Shown piece by piece: positions 18,008 to 26,452 of a stretch of 53,177 bases of DNA. The DNA comes from a virus. Lineage: Duplodnaviria > Caudoviricetes. Where the stretch lies: IMG/VR virus record IMGVR_UViG_3300050498_000174, positions 1 to 53,177 of that record, one strand, 5' to 3'. Made by a program: the position numbers and the translations under genes. The notes beneath the pieces are model-generated. The model saw only the letters and a list, made by a program, of their open reading frames with translations. It was not told the origin of the DNA and did no database searches. The first letter of the stretch is position 1. Each line of letters begins with the position of its first letter.

Positions 18008-18478
18008 TCAGAGGCCTCTGGTGAGATGGTGGGAGATCTTCTCTGCGGCCTGGTGCAACTGGGCCACGGCCGCCGGTGTGGCCCTCTTGGCAGGCTCGGA
18101 CATCCAGCCGGGCCGGATCCGCTGCCACGCCTGCGCGACATGCATCCACCGGCCCCAGAACGGATGCTTGAGCCGGCCACGTTCCATCTCCTCCACCTGC
18201 CGGTCGTGTCCACGCCTGCCAAACGCACGGCCGGACAAGGTAACCCGCCGGGTCGCCTTGAGCGGTTTCACCGTGATAACCAGCGCCCGCTTGAACACCT
18301 GCTCGTAGCCGCGGGGCATGTACACGTCGGTGCTGTGGCGGATCTCACGCTCCACCACATTCCCGGCGTCGAGCAAAGCCTTGTCCAATTCCTTGGCGGC
18401 GTGGACCCGGGCGGTCTGCCGGAAGTTGTGTGCCAGCTTGTCCAGCTCCCGCTTGTCGACCTCAACCCGCAGCGCCAT
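18008..18478 (-). CDS. HK97 gp10-like neck/tail completion protein
   Basis: Basic protein; ERGRLKHPFWG..W..Q...PGW; position. Confidence 0.65.
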   Translation of the reverse strand: MALRVEVDKRELDKLAHNFRQTARVHAAKELDKALLDAGNVVEREIRHSTDVYMPRGYEQVFKRALVITVKPLKATRRVTLSGRAFGRRGHDRQVEEMERGRLKHPFWGRWMHVAQAWQRIRPGWMSEPAKRATPAAVAQLHQAAEKISHHLTRGL

Positions 18479-18493
18479 CGCAATAACCTGCGG

Positions 18494-18913
18494 TCAGGCA
18501 GTGTTACGGGCGATCGACGTACCCGACCCGTACGGCCACTGGATCGAACACTTCGCCGCGTCACCCACACTGTTGCCGAACGGCGAATACTTGCTCGGCA
18601 GGAAACCGCCGACATATTCCGGGTTGCTCGTCGAGATCGCCGATGACGTCGGGCGCACCTTACAAGTAACCACACCGCCGGCCGACCACGCAGAAAACAA
18701 CGTCGAGTCCAGCGCCGCGGCGGCGAAGTCCTGGTTGAAGTTGACGCCCAGTCCGGGATCTTCCAAACCGGCCAGGCGTGCACGGGCGTTGTCGCCGAAC
18801 GCTGTGTCGTCCTGCTCCTCTTTCTGCAGGTCGAGGTTGACGCTGTTGCCGTAGCTGGATACCACCACCGAGTTGACCTCAATGCGGGCGTCCTTGAGAA
18901 TGAGGCTTCCCAT
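18494..18913 (-). CDS. Major tail (tube) protein
   Basis: DDTAFGDNARARLAGLED; NPEYVG. Confidence 0.75.
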   Translation of the reverse strand: MGSLILKDARIEVNSVVVSSYGNSVNLDLQKEEQDDTAFGDNARARLAGLEDPGLGVNFNQDFAAAALDSTLFSAWSAGGVVTCKVRPTSSAISTSNPEYVGGFLPSKYSPFGNSVGDAAKCSIQWPYGSGTSIARNTA

Positions 18914-18925
18914 TGTTGCTCCCTA

Positions 18926-19663
18926 TCAACGGATGCCGATGAGACCGGCGAGAAGGAAAGAGCCGGTGATGGCCGACACGTTGAGCCGCCACCAGGTGTC
19001 GGTGATCGGCCCGGCGACCCTGGTGCCCCACACCCCGCCGGTGGTGGTGATCGGCCCAAGGGTCATGCGGGTGGTCGGCGAGGCGAACGTGTTGTCGACG
19101 GACGACTGGACCTGGATGGTGATGGTCGTGCCCGCGGTGAGCACGTGCGCCCACGCGTACAGGTATTGCGTGGCGCCGACCGCGCCTAGTTGCAGCCCCG
19201 TCCCTGTGGGTCCGGTGCCAGAGATCGCCACCGCATCGGTTTTGAACACCATGCCCCGGGCCACCGACGTCTGGCCCTGAGTGCCCCGGAAATTCAGGGA
19301 GAACGGGGCTGGCGCGCCGGTCTCGCCGAACATCGAATACTTGAACCGGCCTTGGCGCATGCCGTACGCGATCGACCCCTCGGCCCCGTCGGAGCTCATC
19401 GTGAGCACCGCGTCGGCCACACCCAGGTTGGCGAACGAGTCCGCGTCGATCGACGTCGCCCCGGCCGACCACAGGCCACGCACCCCGGCAGAGACGTCCT
19501 CCAACCCGGTCGCACGTTTACGTGCGCCACCCGACCCGGCCGGCATGAACACGGTCATGTCGTGCACATCCCACATCAGGTCCAGGCCGACCTGCTGCAG
19601 GTCGGTGGTCATGTCGTAGCCGTCGGCCCACGTTCGGATGTTCTTGGCGATCAGGGAGCTCAT
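18926..19663 (-). CDS. Second tail-tube-like structural protein with a C-terminal beta domain
   Basis: DMTVF...ARKRATGLED parallels the neighbouring tube gene. Confidence 0.65.
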   Translation of the reverse strand: MSSLIAKNIRTWADGYDMTTDLQQVGLDLMWDVHDMTVFMPAGSGGARKRATGLEDVSAGVRGLWSAGATSIDADSFANLGVADAVLTMSSDGAEGSIAYGMRQGRFKYSMFGETGAPAPFSLNFRGTQGQTSVARGMVFKTDAVAISGTGPTGTGLQLGAVGATQYLYAWAHVLTAGTTITIQVQSSVDNTFASPTTRMTLGPITTTGGVWGTRVAGPITDTWWRLNVSAITGSFLLAGLIGIR

Positions 19664-19666
19664 GGC

Positions 19667-19981
19667 TTACGCCTTCGCCTTCTCCGCCTTCGCCGTGGGC
19701 ACGGTCTCGGGTGCCGGCTCACCGACAAAGCCGAGGTCGACCAACATCTGCACGTCGGTCTCCTCGGTATTGAGCAGGACGAACCCGCCCTCGCTTGTGT
19801 CGGTGCCATCGGCCGAGACGATGGTGGCGTGGCCGATCACCTCGCACCGTACGAGCGTGCCCTTGGCGCGGGCGTACTCCACGTAGTGGGGGCGGCAAAA
19901 GTCCTTCAGTAGCACCGGGAAGTCAAGCCGCACCAGCTGCACCTTGACCGGCGGCGTTCTGCAGCCGTCGACTTTACACAT
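19667..19981 (-). CDS. Hypothetical protein (CxxxxC...CxxH)
   Basis: GGAGG RBS; in the operon. Confidence 0.65.
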   Translation of the reverse strand: MCKVDGCRTPPVKVQLVRLDFPVLLKDFCRPHYVEYARAKGTLVRCEVIGHATIVSADGTDTSEGGFVLLNTEETDVQMLVDLGFVGEPAPETVPTAKAEKAKA

Positions 19982-20002
19982 GAGTCCTCCACATTGGACT
20001 GG

Positions 20003-20425
20003 TTACGTTCCGGGAAGTTGGACGGTGAGCATGATTACGCCGCCGAAGTGGTTGATTCCGGCGACCTCGTCCTGCCCTAGCGGCCGCGAAGACTCCACCA
20101 GCAGGTCGTCGACCACGCCGCCGAGAGTGGGCTCGTTCTCCAGCGCCAACACCAAACTCTTCGGGCCGGTCCACGAGAGGTATTCGGCCAAGGCCTTGCG
20201 GCCAACGCGGTCCACCTGTGCGCTGGTGAACACGTACAGCGGCCAACCGGTGATCTGAACCGTGCCACGCTGGAACGCAGCACGGTAGGACGGCACCGGC
20301 GGAACCGTTACCAGTAGCCACGGCGGCATGATGGAGCCGGATGCCTCGCTGTCGGAGCGCAGGCCAACAGTCTCCGCGCGGGTCTCGACGGCCTGCATCA
20401 GTTCCCACAGGGTTCTGGTTGCCAT
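20003..20425 (-). CDS. Tail terminator
   Basis: TGPKSLVLALENEPTLGGVVDD motif. Confidence 0.8.
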   Translation of the reverse strand: MATRTLWELMQAVETRAETVGLRSDSEASGSIMPPWLLVTVPPVPSYRAAFQRGTVQITGWPLYVFTSAQVDRVGRKALAEYLSWTGPKSLVLALENEPTLGGVVDDLLVESSRPLGQDEVAGINHFGGVIMLTVQLPGT

Positions 20426-21045
20426 CAGGCGACCTTCGGCAGGTCGCTGATGTACCGCTTGAGCTTCTTCATCACCATCGGGTTGTCACGCACGCGCAGC
20501 GCCTCACCCACCGCCGAGTACCCGGCAACCCCGAACCGTACGTCCTTGAGCGCCAACGTCTCCGCGGTGGCGATCTTGCATGATTCCTTGACCGGTTTCG
20601 GGATCGCGTTCCATCCCCACTGCGCGGTCGTCTGCAACGAGTAGTAGCCGCACGGAAAGCACCTGCCAAAGCGGGGCCGGAGCCTGATCTGGTAGAAGGG
20701 CCAGCCAGGTTGGCCGTACATGATCCCGTCGACCGGGTACAGCTCGTAGTCCGAACCCGACAGTGTTGTCTCGTACACGCCGTCGCCGTCGAAGTCGACG
20801 GCGACGGCCAGGCCGCTGGTGGTGAGGAAGTCATCCACCCACGCCAGCCGGGAGCTGGACGGAATGAACCTGCGCGCCGTGGCAGAGGTTTGCTTGTTGA
20901 ACTGCCGCTCGCACACGTCCTCGATCTCGGTGCTCACTGACGCCAACGCGTCATCGATCAACGTGTCGTCCTGTGTGTCCGCCAGCGGGATTTTCACATA
21001 GGTTTTGATCTCGTCGCGGGTCGCGTACGGATCACCCAGCGCCAC
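20425..21045 (-). CDS. Head-to-tail adaptor
   Basis: YATRDEIKTY..DDTLIDDAL..IEDVCERQF; WGW..IPKPVKES. Confidence 0.85.
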   Translation of the reverse strand: MALGDPYATRDEIKTYVKIPLADTQDDTLIDDALASVSTEIEDVCERQFNKQTSATARRFIPSSSRLAWVDDFLTTSGLAVAVDFDGDGVYETTLSGSDYELYPVDGIMYGQPGWPFYQIRLRPRFGRCFPCGYYSLQTTAQWGWNAIPKPVKESCKIATAETLALKDVRFGVAGYSAVGEALRVRDNPMVMKKLKRYISDLPKVA

Positions 21046-21057
21046 GGCCGACCTCGG

Positions 21058-21282
21058 CTACTTGCGGGCCGCTGTGGGCTTGGCGGTCTTCGGCTCGCTC
21101 TTGACCTGCTCTGCTTGCTCCGGCAGGTCGTAGTGCACGACAAGCGGCGTGAACAGATGCTCCCGACCCTTCATGATCGGATGGCCGGCGCGGACCACAA
21201 TGTTCGGGCCAATGAACACCGGCGCCCCCTCAAACTCGAACGTCGCCGGGTCCTTGCCGACATACAGGTCGGTCTCCTTCAC
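21058..21282 (-). CDS. Small head-associated hypothetical protein
   Basis: VRAGHPIMKGREHLFTP motif; GAGGAGG RBS. Confidence 0.65.
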   Translation of the reverse strand: MKETDLYVGKDPATFEFEGAPVFIGPNIVVRAGHPIMKGREHLFTPLVVHYDLPEQAEQVKSEPKTAKPTAARK

Positions 21283-23138
21283 TGGACTCCTCCTCGGGGT
21301 CTGGCAATGATGTACGGCGCGTACTGGCCACCCGGCAGCGGCGCAATGAACCCTTCGCTGTCGTAGCCCAGCTCGGCGAGCAGCGCATGCAGGTCGGCCA
21401 GCTCGTAGTAGCCGTAGATGCTGTGGTCCTCGATGAATAGGACCGGTTTGCAGCGGGCCAACGTGTTGCGCATGCCGCGCAGCGCGTGCAGGTCGGCGCC
21501 CTCAACATCCAGTTTGATCAGGTCGGGGTTGACGGTGGCCAGGACATCGTCGAGCGGCAACGCGTCGACGTCATCGCCCTCAATGACGTGTGTCGATCCG
21601 CCGGTTATCTTCCCGTTCGGGTCGGACAGGGACAGCCGGGTGTGGCAGTCCCACGCCGCCGCCTCCAGCACGTCCACGTTATGGACGTCGTTGAGGGCGA
21701 TGTGGGCGCGCAGCACCGCAACCGTTGCCGGGTTCGGCTCCACGGCGATGACCCGGGAGGCCTTGCGCGCCAGCCGCAGCGCCCACCGACCCACATGCGC
21801 GCCGACGTCGACGACCACGCCACCGTCGGGCAGCAGCCCGTCCAACACCGGCGCCAGCGACTCCTCGTGGTGCACCGCGATCCAGTCGTCGGTGTGCCTG
21901 CCCCGCTGAATCCATTGCAGGCCGTCAACCTCCTGTGTGGGCAGCGGAACCGTTCCATGGTTGCGGTTGGGCGGCCGCACCGGGACCGCGCCGGCATACT
22001 GCTCCAGCATCTCCAGCGCCGGCTTCCAATGCTGGGTCAGCACGGTCTCCACGTCGTAGCCCAGGGCGTACTCGCGGGCCTTCTCCCGCATGTGCGGCTC
22101 ACGGGCGTGCCGGTACGCCTTCTCCCACGCCTCGAGAATGCTGTCGATGATCGGCGCGTGCCACCAGCTTTCGGCGTAGGGGTGCCAGTAGGGCTGGGTC
22201 TGCACCAGCCACCCGGATCCACACCGTTCCGTCAACGCCGAACCGTCGCTGACCACCACCGGCGTCCCGCAGGCCTGCGCCTCAAGGACCGGCACGCAGA
22301 AACCCTCGGCCCACGAGCAGTTGGACAGCACGTCCGCGCAGCCGACCACCGCGGCGATCTCCTCCGGCCGGTACAGTCCGGTCACCTGCGCGTACTGGTC
22401 GGTGAACTGGACCGAGTCCTGAATGCCCAGGTCGTAGACCAGTTTCATCAGGTTCACGCCGCCGGGGGTTTCCAGGAGGCTATGCACCACCAGCACCGCG
22501 TCCTGGTGCTGCTTGCGGAATTGCGCGAACGCCTGGAACTGTTCGCCCCACCCCTTGCGGGGCGGGGTTTTGTCCTTGTTGGCCGCCACGATCGCGATGA
22601 CGAATGCGTCTTGCGGGATGTGCAGCATGTCCCGTGCCAGGGCCCGCTCGTCGTCGGACAGCGGCTTGAACACCGACGTGTCCACCGCGTGCGGCACGTA
22701 GATCGGCTGCAGCCCGGCCTGGGCCAGTAGTCGTTCGCCGAAGCGGGACATGGCGATCGGCTGCGCCCCCGACACCTGGAAGAAGTTCAGATCGGCCGGC
22801 GGTACCGGGTGTGACTGTATCGGCGTCCACATCGCTGTGGCGAATTCGCGCAACACGGCGGGGTCGATGGCCCACGCGTCGTAGAGCGCCAACACCAGGC
22901 CCGGGTCGCCGCCGAACACCCGCCGGGCGTGGGGGCCGAGCACATCGTTGGAGTAGGGCCGCATCCCCGAGGGCAGGACCAGGGTGCCTTCCCAGTCCAG
23001 TGGGCGGCTGTCCAGGCCGTTCATCGCCGAGCAGACAACCTCGTGGCCGAGGCCGGGTAGGCGCTTGGCGAGGATGGCGGTCTGGCCGCCGTAACCGCTG
23101 CTGGCCCACGGAGCATTCGAATGGATCATGATCCTCAT
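21279..23138 (-). CDS. GT4 glycosyltransferase fused to an FkbM-family methyltransferase
   Basis: SGYG, RKG, EGFCVPVLEAQACGTPVV (GT4); DVGAHVG, AVEPNP, IKLDVEG (FkbM). Confidence 0.92.
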   Translation of the reverse strand: MRIMIHSNAPWASSGYGGQTAILAKRLPGLGHEVVCSAMNGLDSRPLDWEGTLVLPSGMRPYSNDVLGPHARRVFGGDPGLVLALYDAWAIDPAVLREFATAMWTPIQSHPVPPADLNFFQVSGAQPIAMSRFGERLLAQAGLQPIYVPHAVDTSVFKPLSDDERALARDMLHIPQDAFVIAIVAANKDKTPPRKGWGEQFQAFAQFRKQHQDAVLVVHSLLETPGGVNLMKLVYDLGIQDSVQFTDQYAQVTGLYRPEEIAAVVGCADVLSNCSWAEGFCVPVLEAQACGTPVVVSDGSALTERCGSGWLVQTQPYWHPYAESWWHAPIIDSILEAWEKAYRHAREPHMREKAREYALGYDVETVLTQHWKPALEMLEQYAGAVPVRPPNRNHGTVPLPTQEVDGLQWIQRGRHTDDWIAVHHEESLAPVLDGLLPDGGVVVDVGAHVGRWALRLARKASRVIAVEPNPATVAVLRAHIALNDVHNVDVLEAAAWDCHTRLSLSDPNGKITGGSTHVIEGDDVDALPLDDVLATVNPDLIKLDVEGADLHALRGMRNTLARCKPVLFIEDHSIYGYYELADLHALLAELGYDSEGFIAPLPGGQYAPYIIARPRGGVQ

Positions 23139-23392
23139 TGCGCGGCCCCCTCATCCATGATCATTCGGATGAGCCGGTCGACCTGCTGCTTGAGAAACAG
23201 CTCCCGGTTCGCGATCTCCACCGTGACACCGGAAGTGATCACGATTACCCGCACAGGAAGCTGGGTCTCGAAGATGTTCTTGATTTGCGCCGCCTGCTGC
23301 ATAGTCGTGTGTTGTGGCACGGTCACCAGCAGTACGTCACCAGACTGGATGTTGAGCCGTTTGATGTCTTCGATCTCGAACGGTTCAGGCAT
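23135..23392 (-). CDS. Hypothetical protein
   Basis: IKRLNIQSGDVLLV; coupled to the GT gene. Confidence 0.65.
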   Translation of the reverse strand: MPEPFEIEDIKRLNIQSGDVLLVTVPQHTTMQQAAQIKNIFETQLPVRVIVITSGVTVEIANRELFLKQQVDRLIRMIMDEGAAQ

Positions 23393-23621
23393 TCGAGATC
23401 ACCTCCCGTACGGCGCGAACGGTCTGCTCGTGGCGCTCGACGATCCGATAGCGCCATGTGCCGTTGGTCAACGTCAATGTGACAAGGTCACCGTCAACCT
23501 GCATCCACTTCTCGTCGTGGTCGGCGGCAAGGAGTTCACGAGCGATGTCGATTTCGGGGGGTGCGTCACCGACGAGGTAGGCGCCGTCCACGCGGCGTTG
23601 CACGGTGATGGTTTCTGGCAT
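23385..23621 (-). CDS. Hypothetical protein (MPETITVQRR...)
   Basis: GGAGG RBS; start position approximate. Confidence 0.6.
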   Translation of the reverse strand: MPETITVQRRVDGAYLVGDAPPEIDIARELLAADHDEKWMQVDGDLVTLTLTNGTWRYRIVERHEQTVRAVREVISNA

Positions 23622-23692
23622 TGTTGGCCTCCCATGAGGTCGGGCCGGACCGCATGGGAACGGTCCGGCCCGACGGCCTTGTAGATGCTGGG

Positions 23693-26110
23693 TTACGTGC
23701 TCTTTATGCGCAAAAGCCGGAACGCGTTGTCGGCCAGGATCTTCGACGAGTTGAACCACAGCGCAAACACGCCCCGCTCACCCGTCGGACGCCGGTTCGA
23801 GCCAAGGACGTGAGGCACCAGTTCGATGCCCATCCCCACCCGGTCGACGATCAGGAACTGGTTGAAATCGCCCTGCAGCATGATCAGCGAGCCGGTGCCG
23901 ATGGACGTGGACATCGTCGACAGCTCGTACTTGGGATAGCCGTTGAACTGCTCCCCCATCGCACCGGACGGGCGGGCGAACGGGTCACCGGCCGCCGACG
24001 CCTGCGCCTGGAACAGCGTCCGGAACCGGTTGAACGTGGTCTTGCTGGCCACGACCGACGAGTTCGAAATAAACCGCGGCGCCATCGCATTCTCCAGCAG
24101 ATAAATGTCTCCTGCGGCAAGCACGGCCGAGCCGGCCGTGTCGACCCAACTCGCGGTGCCCAGCGTCGCCACCACACCGGACGGGTTGGGCGCGGTCCCG
24201 TTACCGGTGGCGAACGCCGTCGCCTCCTCCACATCCTTGGCGTCCTGAAGCAGATTCGTCAGCTGGGTTCGCAGCGCGTTCCACGACACGTCCAGCTCGA
24301 CAGAGAAAGGGACCCAGCCCTGCACGCGGCTGGTGCGTACCGTCGGCTGGGCAAACGCCGGATCCCCGGTGCCGACCTCCTGCGACTCGGTACCACGCGA
24401 CACGGTCACACCGGCGGAGCTGACACCATCCCACTCTTTGCCGGTGATGGTCTCCACCCGGCTGATCTGCCGCAGCGGATTGACCACCCCGTTGGAGGTG
24501 AGGATCACTGTCGGGTCCAACTGGAACGGCACCGCGTAACCGCCCGCGGAGTCGGTGCCCAGCGACAACGCCCGCGACTCCTCCGCCGACAGGCCGTTGA
24601 TGCTCTGCCGGGCCAGCATCTTGCCAAACGCCCGCTCATAGACCGGACTGCCGGTGACCAGGACCCGCCGGGCCAGGGAGCCGTGCTCGTCATCGATGGT
24701 GTCCAGCAGCATCGCGACGCGTTCCTGCGCCTCTTCCCGGTTTGGTGCGCCGCGGCGGCCGGTGGCGCCGGGGTACCGGGCCGCATCCACAGCCCGCTGC
24801 GCGTACTCCCGGTACAGGACCGGGACCTCGTCGATGTGCCGGGCGTGGTTGCGGATCGAAGCGAGATCGTAGATGTCGCGCCCCTGCACGAACGCGGGAC
24901 CACTCGCCCCCATCCGCTGGCCGAAGCCTTGGGGCTGGCCGAACCCAGCACGGGAGTTGTCGATGCGCTCCGTCGCGTCAGGGTTGCTCTCGTTGATGTA
25001 TGCCAAATATTCGGCGCGGGAGTTGGCGTCGGCGATGGCCCGCTCATGCGAACCCAACTCCTGCTGCAGCCCGCTCCACTCGGCGCGGGCCTCCTGGGTG
25101 AGTTCGGCGCCGGAGTATTCGGTGTCGATTTCAGCGAGCCGCGCACGGATCTCAGATTGCCGCGCGACCCGCTCCTCGACCGTGAAAGTGTTGCGGTCGT
25201 TGTCCACGGATGTGCTCCTGTTCTTGATTGTGGGCGCGTCCGAGTGCGTGTGCGGCTCGGCTTTCTCGGCGTCCGGTGCGGGTCCGCGGCCGGCGTCGTT
25301 TCTCTGGGTGGTGCTCTCCGCGGCCGGCGCATGTTGCGCCGGTGCGGGTGGGATCGTGATGGACTCCCGCTCGGAGTTGGTTCTGGAGCGCACACCGATC
25401 ACGGCGGCGTCGACGTAGGCGGGGATCGGCGTCGGCCCGTACTCGATCAACGCGATCTCCTGCCGGGTGACCAGGGTCAGGTCGCCGGAACGGCTGGGGG
25501 CGTAGCGTTCGTACGGGCGCAGCGGCGGGTCGGATTGCAGGAAAACGCCGGTGTAGGACATGCCGGTCAGTGCCCCGGACCTGATGGCCTCCAGGATCCG
25601 TTCGGCCTCGGGGTCTTTGCTGTAACTGGTGACCGTGAGCAGACCCTTCTTGTCCGCCCGGATCTCGATCGGCTTGCCTAGTGGAACGGAGTGCAGCTCC
25701 GACGGGGTGCCGGCCAACGTTTTGCCGTGGTTGTAGACGGAGAAGATCCGCCCGGCCCGGTCCCTGATGCTCCTGGCCATCGACTCCGGCGCGTTCTGCT
25801 CCCGGTAATGCCCCTCCGAGTCGACGATCTCCGCCGGTGTCATCCACACGGCCGCGTAGGCGACCACGTCACGGCCGGTGCCGCCTTTGCGGATGTGGAC
25901 GTCGTCCAAAGCTACGGACCTGGTGACCAGCAGGGATTCGTCGCCGGCCAGGGCGCGTGACACCCTGCCCCCCGCATCGCCGCTCACAGGCCGTTCCGGC
26001 CGGGCGGCGGCATGCTCCTGGAGCACTTCGAGCGGCACGCCGAGGCGTTCGATCTCTTCCAGGACGGCGGCGCGGACCTCTTGCGCATCCAGCTCGGGCA
26101 GAGCATCCAC
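23693..26110 (-). CDS. Prohead protease-major capsid (HK97) in-frame ORF; probable internal capsid start GTG at 25207
   Basis: Protease VAYAAV, YNH, GMSY, EYGP.P.PAY; capsid AGGYAVP, GDF..F.IVDR; AGGAG precedes both 26110 and 25207. Confidence 0.9.
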   Translation of the reverse strand: MDALPELDAQEVRAAVLEEIERLGVPLEVLQEHAAARPERPVSGDAGGRVSRALAGDESLLVTRSVALDDVHIRKGGTGRDVVAYAAVWMTPAEIVDSEGHYREQNAPESMARSIRDRAGRIFSVYNHGKTLAGTPSELHSVPLGKPIEIRADKKGLLTVTSYSKDPEAERILEAIRSGALTGMSYTGVFLQSDPPLRPYERYAPSRSGDLTLVTRQEIALIEYGPTPIPAYVDAAVIGVRSRTNSERESITIPPAPAQHAPAAESTTQRNDAGRGPAPDAEKAEPHTHSDAPTIKNRSTSVDNDRNTFTVEERVARQSEIRARLAEIDTEYSGAELTQEARAEWSGLQQELGSHERAIADANSRAEYLAYINESNPDATERIDNSRAGFGQPQGFGQRMGASGPAFVQGRDIYDLASIRNHARHIDEVPVLYREYAQRAVDAARYPGATGRRGAPNREEAQERVAMLLDTIDDEHGSLARRVLVTGSPVYERAFGKMLARQSINGLSAEESRALSLGTDSAGGYAVPFQLDPTVILTSNGVVNPLRQISRVETITGKEWDGVSSAGVTVSRGTESQEVGTGDPAFAQPTVRTSRVQGWVPFSVELDVSWNALRTQLTNLLQDAKDVEEATAFATGNGTAPNPSGVVATLGTASWVDTAGSAVLAAGDIYLLENAMAPRFISNSSVVASKTTFNRFRTLFQAQASAAGDPFARPSGAMGEQFNGYPKYELSTMSTSIGTGSLIMLQGDFNQFLIVDRVGMGIELVPHVLGSNRRPTGERGVFALWFNSSKILADNAFRLLRIKST

Positions 26111-26138
26111 CGGTAGGCCCTCCTGTTCTGGGCATGCG

Positions 26139-26170
26139 AAAAGGGCCGCTCCCAACGGAAACGGCCCTTC
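26139..26170 (-). terminator. Terminator-like hairpin between the acidic ORF and the protease
   Basis: AAGGGCCG...CGGCCCTTTT on the minus strand. Confidence 0.6.
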
Positions 26171-26215
26171 GTAGGCGGAAAGTCTTGAGTTGTTTAGGTT
26201 TTTCTTGAGCGACTG

Positions 26216-26452
26216 CTAAAAGTCGTCGGAAGTGTCTTCTGGAACATCCATCGGGTCGTCCCATGCAGTACGCGGGAGTTGTTCGATCTCTTCGATCAGT
26301 GCCTGAATCTCGGGCGGCAAATCCGTCCAGGTTGCGTCGTCACCGCCGGCAGCCAGGTAGGCATCCTGGACCTGTGACTTGATTTCGAGGTCGACGTCGT
26401 GGGCTCCCAAGGCGTCACTGAGTCGGGCATTCAGATCTGCTGGGCTGGTCAT
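26216..26452 (-). CDS. Small acidic protein (candidate immunity/partner protein)
   Basis: 78 aa, 20 D/E versus 3 K/R; ATGA overlap with the 1241-aa ORF. Confidence 0.75.
   Translation of the reverse strand: MTSPADLNARLSDALGAHDVDLEIKSQVQDAYLAAGGDDATWTDLPPEIQALIEEIEQLPRTAWDDPMDVPEDTSDDF

Noticed and set aside
23621-25681. Long plus-strand ORFs opposite structural genes (686, 561, 478, 414 aa and others)
   Set aside because: Antisense shadows of high-GC genes with no recognisable motifs
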